A stretch of DNA of 63,843 nt, the filler included. It is 17 parts of 17 records of this genome, joined end to end, with 100 filler letters (N's around TTAATTAATTAA, not from the genome) between each part and the next. Parts side by side here need not be neighbours in the genome. Positions count along the whole stretch, not along the records: positions 12,179 to 15,142 come from SRR9188676_2671; positions 15,243 to 21,311 come from SRR9188676_2678; positions 21,412 to 23,653 come from SRR9188676_2711; positions 23,754 to 26,511 come from SRR9188676_2716; 13 more parts are not named here. The stretch is one strand, 5' to 3'. The notes under the pieces are model-generated. The model made no database searches and was not told the origin of the DNA. It was given only the letters and a program-made list of their open reading frames with translations. The position numbers were made by a program, and so were the translations under genes. Of the stretch, positions 12,179 to 23,789 are shown piece by piece. Position 1 is the stretch's first letter. The number at the start of each line of letters is the position of its first letter.

Positions 12179-15047
12179 CTGTGCCTGTGCCTGTGCCTGT
12201 GCCTGCATGTGCATGTCGTGTGTGGCTACGATACCGTACGCATGCTGCGTGTGTGCCATCAGCTGGGCATCGGATATGTGCTCTGAGCCGTCATGATGAG
12301 GGATGCCGAAAGTATGGTCCATGAGTCCGTCGGCAGAGTCGAACCCATCATGATGGCTATGGCCCTGACTGTCCAAATCCGACATGGATGCATGAGAAAG
12401 TTCATTGGTATGAATATGAGTGTTATGGGTGTGATCGTGATGCGCTAAATGTACAAGGGAGTGTGGGGTTGTGCTGGGTATTGTGATAGAGACAGAGCTA
12501 CTCGGGCCCAGAGCGTTGCTACTACTGCTGGTCGAAGATGAGGCTGTCAGGTGGGGCGCGGCCTGTGTGTGGGTGTTGAAGAGCGCGCGAAGGGTGGCGG
12601 AGAGGGACTGCTGTGTCGGGGGAGGGTGGCACAGCGGGTGGCCCACGGGGAGCCCGTGCCGGGTGTATCTCCCTCCTCCGAGAGGGGTGTGAAACTGGGG
12701 ATCGTCATGACTGCTGCTGGGCTCCATGCCTCCGCCAGACTGAAATAAATAGCAGATGGCTTTGTGAGAATGTACACATGGTCGGGATGTATAGATAGAC
12801 AGACAAAGAATGACAGAGTGGGATGGATGAATGACGCGCATCTAAGAGAGTGAAATAAATAATGGAGTTTTGACTCAGATGACCGGAGAGGAGACAGAGA
12901 GAAAAAAAAGAGGGAGGGCAGAGGGAGAGAGTGTGTGTGTGGGTGGGTGAGAGCGAGAGACAGATAAGAGAGGGCGTGTACCTGACTGCTGAGAGGGGAG
13001 AAGTCCGAGTCGTCAGGCAGCACTACGCGCGAGCCCCGCGGGGGGGTGTTCACGGGGGACATCATCCCACGCGCCGTCAGCCGAGTCATAAGGCTGAACA
13101 CAAACAGACAAAATCCATAAGTATCGGTTTTTGAATGGGTTCATCTCGGGAGAACTAACGGCAGCAACATCATTTACATGGACCACCGAGAATCAAAATC
13201 GACTTTAAGCTATTGTTAGCCCTCCGTTAAAAGCAGCCAGGGGCTACGACCCGTAAAACTTGAGCATTCAGCTTCTGGTCGGTTTGTTAGTTCCGGCGAC
13301 CCACATACATACAGGCAGCTGGGCACGTATACACACGTATATCTATACACACACACCCAGCAGCAGAGGAAAGAAAAAGACGACGTAAGCAGCATACCTC
13401 TGTCGGGTTTTATTGCGCTTGCCGGATGACCATGCCTCCAACGGCTGGTACTTCCTCTTTCTCAGAATGCTGGGCGGTGTGCGGAAGCCCATGCCGCCAC
13501 TGGGTGGGTCGTCAGGCCAGCCGGGCGACGAGTCAGAGTCTGTGGTCACGTTGGGTGTGCGTACGGTCTGCCTGTGGTGCATGGAGTGCAGTGCTCGGAG
13601 ATCTGGCGTTCTGCTGGTTTTCATATTGGCGCCATTGTTGTTGTTGTTTGTGGTGGTGGTTGAACCAGTACCTGCTGCTGTGAGATGAGTGGTGCCTGAG
13701 ATGGTAATGGTTGCTGATGATGAGTTTGTGGTACTGCTGAGGGATGTGGATGTCGGGTTGGTGTGGTGTGAGTGGTGGGTCAGTCCTGATGATGATGTTG
13801 AGAGGGAGTGTGTGGCGGAGGAGGGTGTGATGGAGAGACCTGGCACGGTCAGAGTCGATGCAAAGTTGCTGTGTGAGGATGACGAGGGCGTGGACAGCTT
13901 GGTGGGGGTGGAGTGCAAGTGCAAGTGCAAGTGCGAGTGGGAGTGTGGGGTGTGTGTGTGGGCATGATATGCCGCGTTCAGCAGCCCAGAGCTGAGGTCT
14001 ACGTCCGTCAGATGGATCATGCCTGAGAAAGGAAGAAAAAAAGGAAGATGAAAATGAAGAGAGAGAAAGAGAGAGAGAGAGTCTATGAGAACCATTGCCA
14101 ATGAGATAAAATCTTGGTGAAATTTTTGCCAAAAGTAAAAGTGGTGCAGCGAAATAGACAATGAACAAGCCCGTCAGAAACGGATCGCAATCCAATGAAG
14201 AATATCCCTCGCAACATGCGTGCATGCACAAGCATCAAACCCCTGGCACGCACGTACCGTCAGCGCCGTGCATAGTGAATGCATCGTCGGCAGCAGAGTG
14301 CGCCACAGGCAGGGGGGACTTGAAGAATGTCCCCGGCGAGAACTGGGGCGGGTTGAGCTTGGACTTCAGGTACGGCGGGGTTGTTACACCGTGCGGGGTA
14401 GACTGCAAGTACAGTACACAGTACATAGAAGTAAATAAGCTCATAATGAGGAGAATATACTGATAGTTATGAGACACAACATGCCAATTCGATTAGAGAA
14501 ACTCGAAACACTAATCCATCAAACATTAGAAAATAAAAATACAAACAATGGGACACCGTGCCGACTTCAATCAGACGGGGCTCAAGTGTCGCGACCTCAA
14601 ACTTTCTTTTTACTATCGCGCAATAAGTGGGTTAAGCTCGGCCTTGATTCATCGTGGCCCATCTATCAAGACTATCACAACAGAGCTAGCCGGGGACGGG
14701 GGAATCAGAAGGAACACATACTGTACAAGTATGGGTCACTGTCAATCAAGACCGATCTTCATCGAATTTTAGTTTTATGTGAAAATCAGGCCTGGGGCCG
14801 CGGCCCTGAACACCCTCTTGGCCAGACGGAGAATATATGGGTGAATTATCGGTTTTGTTTTACACGGTAATCCAGATCGGAGTTGTGACGGAAATAAATA
14901 GTGTCGGGGTTTAAGGTTACCTGAGGGCATGGTGTTGTGGCGAAGAAGTGGGCGTGAGAGATCGGTGTGCAGGGGGGGTGTCCCGCGGGGGACGGCGAGT
15001 CGAACGGGTATGCTGACAGCGGGATGCTGCGGCTGGGCGTGTGCTTA
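12179..15047 (-). CDS. Multi-exon nuclear protein fragment, possibly a 3R-MYB-type C-terminal regulatory region
   Basis: GT-AG-bounded exons encode PQFSPGTFFKSP and GFRTPPSILRKRK plus many SP/TP sites. These resemble the FSPSQF and TPPxILRKKR motifs of A/B-Myb and plant MYB3R. No DNA-binding repeats are present in the contig. Confidence 0.4.
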
Positions 15048-15242
15048 CTGTGATATCACGGTGTGGATGTGTGAGAGAAAGAGAGAGCCACGGGGACATA
15101 GAAATAATTACATCGAGAGAGAGAGAGAGGGAGAGAGAGAGANNNNNNNNNNNNNNNNNNNNNNNNNNNNNNNNNNNNNNNNNNNNTTAATTAATTAANN
15201 NNNNNNNNNNNNNNNNNNNNNNNNNNNNNNNNNNNNNNNNNN

Positions 15243-18200
15243 TTCTCCACCATGTGATCTGTGAATGCCGTTAAAGAGAGTGCAATGTCCATTCTGCCCG
15301 ACCCCGAGAAAGGAATCGAATCTTATAAATCATTTGGAATCTTTCCATGGATTGGACCTCAAATATTCTTGTGGGAAATGCTGGAAGCAACAACCTGTTC
15401 TGAAGCGAGCTTGCTTCGGTATTGTCAATCCAATAATGTCAATATAAGGGAGATCTTTCGAACAAATATAAAGCGTATTTTTGATTTGGATCAGGCGAGG
15501 GGACTGGGTGGCCGGAACAGTGCTCTATAGAAGCGGAATGGCGAGGTATTCGTGTCCTCATATCCATCGGATTCATTGCCAAAGTTATGATAATGCTAAA
15601 GTATTTACATCTCATGAGCGAAGTCTGGCAACAATCCATTTCCGAGACGGGGCACGTTTTGTTGTTCGCTGTTGTTGTGCATCACTGTGGCATCATCGCG
15701 AGAGGAGTCCTGAGAGTAGGCGTGCACGGATGACCTCCGAGATAATATGATAGAAAATTAGAAGATATTCACATCGCAGTTCCGGAGAAACAAACAAGAG
15801 GAACAAGAATATAACGTTGTCTGACAGCTCTTTATGTGCTCTCGGGTTCTGGTTTCCATTTTTTCCCGACCTCTCGTATATCCAGATACCCCTAAAAATA
15901 GATATTTCCAGTGAACCCTGAGAATTTTGAAGGGGGGTGATGCATGGTTTGACTGAGAAGCTTCGAACTAGGGTTAGGAGTTAGCGGCTTTTCGGGACCC
16001 GCGAGACTGCTGGGCTAGATCGTGCTTTTCGTTGCAGATTCCATATCCACCGTAGATTTCATTATCCCCTCCCCCAATTTATGATCCCAGTCTGGTTTCA
16101 CGATCGGCTGACTGATCTCATCAATCATCGATCTTCAACTCCTGCTCCCGCTCCGCGGACGTTGCATCCCATTGCATCCTTTGGAACACAGAGAGATATC
16201 GAAAGGCATCATATCGTCGAGAGCTTTCCGTGTGTCTCTTAATTTCTCTTCTCCTATTTTTACCCTTTTGGAGCGCACCTTCTGGCTGGCCTTCGACAAA
16301 ACAAGAACGTCATCGAGCTAGTTTTCCCCTCAGAGAATGAAAGTAGTGTATTCGCATACTATATCCCCCTTCAAGAACAACTCCAAACTCTAATAAAGGA
16401 TTCCACCTTCAGAGATTACATCTTTCTCTCATTCCAGCGACTTGAAGATGCCAAGCAACGTGCTCAACGAGACTCTTCTGAGGGCTCAGCTGCCTGGGAT
16501 AACCACAAGATGCGGGACGTATTTGATGGACTACATTTTCTTGCCCAATGCAAGCATAACAAAGACTTCGACCTCACGAAAGCCCTTCAGCTTTTACTAT
16601 ATACAGATGACATAAATATCGCACACGACCTCATGAAGGGAATTAGCGTGACTGTCATATATTCCAGTATTCTGAATATTCCAGCAGACTTGCGATCTCG
16701 TCCCAACCTTATACAGCTCGCTTGCCTTGGGCTCAAGTCCGATGTTAAGCGCCGCGGTGTGATCCCCTTTATGAGGCCTTTAGTTGACGATCTCATCGAC
16801 CTCTACGAACGCGGATTCACTTTTTGTTGTGAAAGCCAATCGATCAACATTCGAGGACATGTCCTCGCCATTACCGCAGACACCCCCGCCATGAGTGCAG
16901 CCTTGGCGCTCAAGGAGGGATCGAATGCGACGAGAAACTGTCGCCATTGTTACATCTCTGGTGTTTTGAGAGAGACGAACATGGTGAGAAAGTTCCGGAC
17001 TATTACAAGACCATTTCAGATAGCGATAAATTCCACCTCCGGACAATGAGACAACACAAAAGAGATTTGAAACGACTCAAAGTCGATCCCTCGATTTCGC
17101 GGACAAAGGGGATCAACGGATGCGGTTGTTTCCTCCAGCCAAACCAAGATGGTGAAACTCTTCATTACTTTGACTATTTTGATGGAAGCCCGATCGACAT
17201 TGGACATGTTCTATTGGAGGGAATCTGCGGGTATCTCGTTGCAGACTACCTTCTTTATTACTACCGAAACAAGCGGCTTGGAAATCACTCCTTCAGATCT
17301 CAAGATGAGTTCTTAGCCTTCCTGAATTCTCGCATCGACGATCTAAATCTTGGATATTCGTTTGAGCGAAATCCACACCTGAAGAAGCAGCATATCTTCG
17401 ATGATCAGCAAATCCGTATGAAGGTATATATATCACATTTTCCCTTTTTTTGCATTTCGCCGCGTCTTGTTTACATCTCACAAAACTAATGATTTCATGA
17501 GATCTCTTTTCTTTTTTATTATCGAATTTCTATTAGCTTGCGAAATGTGGGCCTTCTTTCGAGCGCTCCCCGTCCTAATCGGCGACGTTATTGCCAATGA
17601 TACGACGGAATGGAGGTGTATTCTGATGATGGCCTACATCCTACAAATCTGTACGCTATTCGAAGTTGATCCCAAGCTTGCCAACATTCTGAAGGCAAAT
17701 ATTCTTTGAGACTTCGAGCAAGACCTTCGGAATTGACACCATTGTCCCCAAGCATCATTATCTCCTTCACCTACCACGATTTATGTCACTGTAAGCCCCA
17801 TTCTCCTGATGCGTGCTCTCTCGGGTTTCATGAATCCGATAAATATCGTCTACAGACAACAGAAAATTAATGCTAAGAAAAAAAGTAAAATCACATACAC
17901 TCCCTCTCTCTAACTATTTCCGCTCCATTGGATGTCGCGTGCTGTTTCTCTCCATATACTATCAATCTTCCCACATGTTTTCCAATGATATATTTTTCTA
18001 AACAGTCTAGAGAGAGATCTCTGAGGTATTAAGAGAGATACAATCGTCCAGTTTGTCAAATAGTTGTGAGCGTGAGAGTTAAATACATCTATAGTCGCGG
18101 GGCAGAGAGACATATTTTTCTTTTGCTAATGACTGCCATTCTCTCTTTTCTTTTGTCTCATATATATGATCGATGTAGGTATGGGTCGCTCAGAAACCTG

Positions 18201-19930
18201 TGGACTTTGATATTCGAGTCGAAACATAAACTCTTGAAAGCAAAATCCACGGTGTACTGAATAATAAGAATACACCCAAGCAGCTGAGTGAACGATCTCA
18301 ATGGAATCAGCTTGCCAAGCTCCTTGAAGGTGATATCCTTCTTCGTAAGTTTTTCTCTTTTTCTCGAGAGTTTGTGATTTCGTAAAGGCCCTTTTTCTTT
18401 CTTTTTAACCCCATTCTTCACATATCCATGTTCTGTTTTGTTGAAGAGTGTTTTGAGATTTTTTTCATTGTGGTGCTGATCAATATGATTATCCCGGGTT
18501 GTTTGATTCTCTTTTGTAATACATCGCAGGTCAAGAGACTTCAGGACCGAAGAAGAAGCTTTCGCATGCTCTAAAGTCCCTAGAAAGGTTAAAGGAGTCA
18601 AACAAGCTGCTGGCTGAGATTCACAGCACTGCTGCAAAGAATATCTCTCGAATTATGGACAGGACCTTATCCCCAAAACAGATTCTGAGGTAATACCCCA
18701 TATGCCATCTTTCTCTTACCACTGTGTCTCCTGTGTGTATAGGCATTTTGTCTCTACCTGCATATATATCTCATTTTCATTTCTTTTTTTTCTTCATCTC
18801 TCTCTCCACACAGTCTCCGTTGGATCAAGATCCTTGGACAAGTGTACAAGGCAGCAGCAAACGCGCAATTGTTGCATCAAAGGGCGATCATCCGGGTTGT
18901 CGGCGAAGAGTCGGAAGTGGACCCGATGTATCTGGAGATACATGCAATTTATGAAGTTGAGAAAATCATCATCTTTGGCTGCACTGTAGTGGATATGCTT
19001 GGTTATGCTAATGGATATCGTAGCTATAAAGTGAAGCCAACAAATACTATCTCATTTATTCAGTATTCTGACATCGTTACTGAAGATGTATTCCACTTTT
19101 GGCCTCTTCCCACTGAGAGTAGAAGCAAAACTGACAAGACATTTCTAATCAACGACCCTACCTTTCTGCCTGACTATTTGCGCAACTACAAAAAATAGAA
19201 GATGGCTATAGATATATGCCTCCACATCTTTTGTTTTTCCATGATTTTTGTATTCGTTTTTTCACTCACTCTCCTTTTCACGCGGGGTAGCTTTCAATTT
19301 TTTATTATTATTATTATTATCTCTGTCTATATCTACTGGTCTCTATGATTGTAGCGAACTGAGTTCGCTCTCTTTTTGACTTTTATTCCATGTGAAGCCG
19401 CGAATTCCCCTCCTTCGCTTGCCTTCGCTCTCCCATCTTCCACCCACTCTCTCATATCAATTTCCATATCGTATAATCCTCGCTTGCTTTTCAGCACTAA
19501 TCCTCCATTCTTATTCCCAATAATCCCCTATTCTCCATTTTGTCTCTCAATATATCCTGTAGTCACTACAATTTCTCCTATTGGTAGTTTTCTCCGTGAT
19601 ATCGATTGTTTCACCTTTTATTTATTCTTGTGTGGGGGTGAAAATTGTTTTGTCTCTCGGGTGACACTTTGGTTTTGAATTTTTCTTCTCGCCGCTCCCT
19701 CTCTTGTGCCAACGGGGGTCTTGATAATAATTTTATTGCTGTTCAATCTATCTATTCCTTGCGCTCTGGTCTGATTCGGCGTGAGGGCTTTTGATTCAAA
19801 CAATGTGGTGTGTACCTCTTCGACTTTTTGATGTGTGTGTGTGTGCTCTGAGGGTGCTCTGCATCATTCAGTTCACCACACACACACTCTTGTGCAGCTG
19901 AATAAGCAAATTAATAAAGAATGAATAAAG
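15243..19930 (+). mobile_element. Decayed EnSpm/CACTA (CMC)-type DNA transposon, termini not seen
   Basis: Contains the transposase pseudogene listed next, followed by an AT-rich 3' region with AATAAA signals near 19900-19930. Confidence 0.75.
15265..19198 (+). pseudogene. Intron-containing EnSpm/CACTA-like DDE transposase with N-terminal C2H2 fingers, frameshifted
   Basis: Ordered motifs: CPFC..HLESFH zinc finger; LLLYTDD (D1); ILNIPADLRS..IQL..PLVDDLIDL; ITADTPA (D2)..CRHC; PIDIGHVLLEG; EMWAFFRALPVLIG; PKHHYLLHLP; YGSLRNLWTLIFESKH (E)..NNKN. Frame breaks occur near 16960-17010, 17701 and 18243. Introns at about 17424-17537 and 17791-18178. Confidence 0.85.
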
Positions 19931-20110
19931 AAAGAATGAGAGCGATACAATTAGTTATAAAACGAAAACTACATCACGTGCCAACCAAGTGCGAACACGC
20001 GTTGCATCTGAGGCACGATATGATTTAAACTGCTTCAGATTCGTCCGTCCAACAACTCTGATCAGAAAGGAAAACTTGATCGAAATATTTGAAAGAAAAC
20101 GCACGCATCG

Positions 20111-20330
20111 CACCTGAAAAAATGTGAGTCTTATTTTCGGTCTTATTTTTCATTAAGACCATATTATGGTCTTAAATAAGACTTTTGAAGACTCAGCCTA
20201 TGTTTGAGGGTCTTCATGAGTCTTAATCAGTCTTATTTTAGGAAGAGTCTTCATGAAGACCGATGAAGACTCTTGAGAGTCTTATAAGGTATTCAAGGTC
20301 TTAAATAAGACCCTTCCTAAATTAAGACTC
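20111..20330 (+). repeat. Putative CACTA-type terminal inverted repeat (CACCTGAAAAAATG) plus subterminal repeat array
   Basis: The CAC-start, A-rich terminus at 20111 is immediately followed by 16 copies of GTCTT/AAGAC in both orientations within about 200 bp. These include inverted pairs such as GGTCTTAAATAAGAC and GTCTTCATGAAGAC. Confidence 0.7.
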
Positions 20331-21483
20331 TCACTCTCTCTCGCATTTCATACGCACATTTTCATATTAATTTATTTCATTTTCAAGAGCCTACTATATT
20401 TCATCCGTATACATTCACTCAATCACATTTATTTTCATTCACACATTCAGAGATCCAAAAATTTATATTTTCCACACACACACACACACCATTCATGTAT
20501 ATGTTGTATGATTCATCACACGTATTCACATGCTCCGTTCACGTGTTCAATTTGTTCATTCATTAGTTGAGCAGCGATGTAGAATCGGTGTCGAATCGTC
20601 CACTCTCAGTCACTTTTTCGTATGTACCTGCTCTGTACTTATTACTCTCAATGTTTCTCGTGAAAACCAAGACAATTTATCTTCATTCTCCATCGATCGC
20701 CCTCAATCTCGTTCATCGTTCAGACTCAATCGTTCACCTGGTTCGTCCAACCATCCCTTGTCGATCCCTTGTTCTGGACTGTCGTGGGTCTTTTTGATTT
20801 CATCTCTCTACGCTTTGTTAAAACTGAGACTGAAATTGATTTAGCACTGGTGGAAACCAGAAGGTGCTGTGCTTTCTCGTCTGCGATCATCATCGGCACA
20901 CTAAAAACAAGCTGCCCGAGACAGACATGTGCCAGCTCTATACCAATAGTACTTTTCGCTGTGATCTCGTCGAGAACTTCGGAACTACGTTGAGAGAGAT
21001 TTCGGTCGAGACTTCGGGCGGGAGCATCGAAGTGTGCACTAAAGTGCACCTGTGAGTGTATCAACATACAGAGAGAGACTTCGGGGGAAGAACTAGGAAG
21101 ACCGGGCTCTTGATTTCGTGTTGTTTATTTAGAAAGATTACAGTTCCTTCATGTCCATCAGCCAACCACTGTTTGCCTGAATTATTCTTTTCTTCTCCGA
21201 ATTCATACCGCGCTCAGGCAAGCAGGGTTTTGCTGATGTCAGTAGCACACGTACCAAGCTAATATACGATTTCAATGCGGTTTCTTGTCCGCAGGAGTCG
21301 TACAGCTCCATNNNNNNNNNNNNNNNNNNNNNNNNNNNNNNNNNNNNNNNNNNNNTTAATTAATTAANNNNNNNNNNNNNNNNNNNNNNNNNNNNNNNNN
21401 NNNNNNNNNNNTCAAAACTTTTGCATCACCCTGTATATCAGATATTTATTATTATTGATTCTCTTCGCCTATGTGTGGCACAG

Positions 21484-23171
21484 GCATGATGGTGCTGCGG
21501 CCGCTGCTCGAGGTCATCCCTGCCGCTATCGTACGTCATCCATTTTGTGTATTCTTTTTGATCCCTTCAGCACCATATGAGAAATCAAAGTCTTTGGGTT
21601 TCAGGGGGGTACGGTCGCAAGGGGTGAAACTTGAAGGTTGAGGCTCGGGGAATCGTCACCCAAACTCATCATATGTATAAAGTACTTGTTTTTTTCTTTC
21701 ATTTTTTTTTACATCTCTTCTTCTGTGGGTCAGGATGTCAATGACTTGCGCAAGACCTTTGCGGTGCTGAAGCTGTTGCAAAACATCTGCAGCACCCCTG
21801 CCATGGCCACTCTCTTCTCCGAGGACCCTGTACGTTCGAACCCTCACCATATTCCAACATATAAAGCAACATCCTCCCTCATCCACACCCACACCATCAC
21901 CATATTCGAACATAGAGACAGCTTCATCATCATCAGTAAACAGTGGTGCAGGTGTGGATCAGAGGCCACAGCGATGTACAAGATTCGAAAATGCCGAATA
22001 ACGGTCACATGGATTCTCGCATATGATCAACATCGGCCATATTCTCATCTCACACTGTCGTTAGGGTCGCGGTTCCACGCCTACTTTTACGATAAAGCTA
22101 AAACTCGATCAGCTGCCTCGTTTTAATTGACAGTGTTTCATGCAACATGCACATTACCTTTTCTTTCTTTCTCCTGTCATAACATTTGTTTTAACATCTG
22201 CTTTCAAATCTTCTGCAAAAAATCAGTCAGTATTCGAAACATGACCGAAACAGTGAAAGGTGCCTTAAATAAAGCTTGTCGAGAGTGTTACCGCTCATTG
22301 AACCCCCCCCCCCCTGTGTTGTGTCGCAAATGTTGATTCTGTGTGCAGAACATTGCTGAGGAGTTTGTGCTTGCAGTGCTTGACCGCATCTTTGCCTTCC
22401 TGCCTCACGTGGACAAGCCCTCCTCGAACGCGATGGCTCAGGATTCTCTCATGCTCATCGTACGCCGTACATCCATCCATATACTCGACCTGATTCGCTG
22501 CCTGTGTATTTATGACTTTGGTCATTTTTGTTTCATGATGTGCGTTTTTTTTTAGTAGTCTGGTCAATCGGATGTGATGAGGAAAACGAAGACTAAATAG
22601 CTTCAGAAACCATTGAAAACGATGAGAGAATCTAGTATTTGTTGGATATGAAGTAAGCTGTGCATTCGTAACAATATTATTATTATTATTATTTTCTTTG
22701 TTTTTCATTATCCAGTGGTCAGGTTTTTGGATGTACTATGGCGAACACACAAAGGATTCTCGGGCAAATGTTATAGGTGAATCTGCAATTTTTCAAACAT
22801 TACAGAATTATATTGGATCCTTGACGGATTCCCCTCCCTCTAGCACACACCTCGCAGCGATATTCCTCTCGCGATAACTATCACCCTAACTCTCGGAACT
22901 ACGTATTGTGGTCTGTGGTGTGTGCGTATTTGTGTGCGTATGCATATGTTTGTATTCGTAGGTAGGTGCTGTACAAATGTGTATTCCAGCTTGTGGCGAT
23001 ATTCTCGAGAACCGTCACCCTAACTCTCGGAACTGCGTGTTGTGGTATGTGGTATGTGGTGTGTGGTGTGTGCGTATGCATATGTATTCGTAGGTGCTGT
23101 ACAAGTGCGTTTCGCAGCTTGTGGCTGCTGTGCCTGACCGCGCCCGCGACTCCATTATCAAGAAGTACCAG
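21484..23171 (+). CDS. PSME4: Proteasome activator PA200/Blm10, internal exons
   Basis: Exons 21484-21530, 21734-21829, 22349-22459 and 23094-23171 give LRPLLEVIPAAI-DVNDLRKTFAVLKLL..NIAEEFVLAVLDRIFAFL. This matches the PA200 LPLL..LPGxDxND..KT and FEDFVLxFxDRxF segments. Confidence 0.72.
22857..23124 (+). repeat. About 128-bp tandem duplication spanning a 3' splice site
   Basis: TCACCCTAACTCTCGGAACT..GTATTCGTAGGTGCTGTACAA..CAGCTTGTGGC occurs twice, with exon-start copies at 22966 and 23094. Confidence 0.9.
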
Positions 23172-23789
23172 GTATGCGTCTGCGCTGAGAGAGAGAGAAA
23201 AAGAGTGTGGACGTTTTTCACATCCATCATAACCAGAATGATTCACACCTCGCCAAGCCACTCCATATTTTGACTCTCCAGTCGATGATTTGTTTCTAGC
23301 TAGATATGATGAATGGATGAGAAAAATAGTGTGTACCCGTTCATCTCCTCAAATCAAGGCAAGGCTGTTAGGCAGGTTTCCCCTGAATTCAACATTCTCG
23401 AACTATTTTCATTCTGGCACGCGATATACGTGCGCTGAGCCATGCCAAGGACCAATCTTCTCCAAAAGAGGCCGGAAGCAAGCGTAGTTGCCGTCACCCT
23501 ATGTACTTGCTGATCCTCTTCATGTCTTTCTTCTTATCCTCTTTGTCTCTGTTTCTGTTTCTTGCCCTCACCTTGTATGGTTTTCTAACCCTGCCCGCTT
23601 CTTCCGCTTCCGCACTGCTATTTTTTCTACCTATTCGTCTACCTTAATTGTTGNNNNNNNNNNNNNNNNNNNNNNNNNNNNNNNNNNNNNNNNNNNNTTA
23701 ATTAATTAANNNNNNNNNNNNNNNNNNNNNNNNNNNNNNNNNNNNNNNNNNNNACTCGATGATGGTGTATCATGTATGTGTGTGTATAC

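Noticed and set aside
16940..18270. Programmed ribosomal frameshifting in the transposase
   Set aside because: There are three separate breaks with no canonical slippery heptamer. Decay is the simpler explanation.
20111..20330. GTCTT/AAGAC array as a CRISPR array
   Set aside because: Units are only 5-8 nt, occur in both orientations with irregular spacing, and have no unique spacers. The context is eukaryotic with no cas genes.
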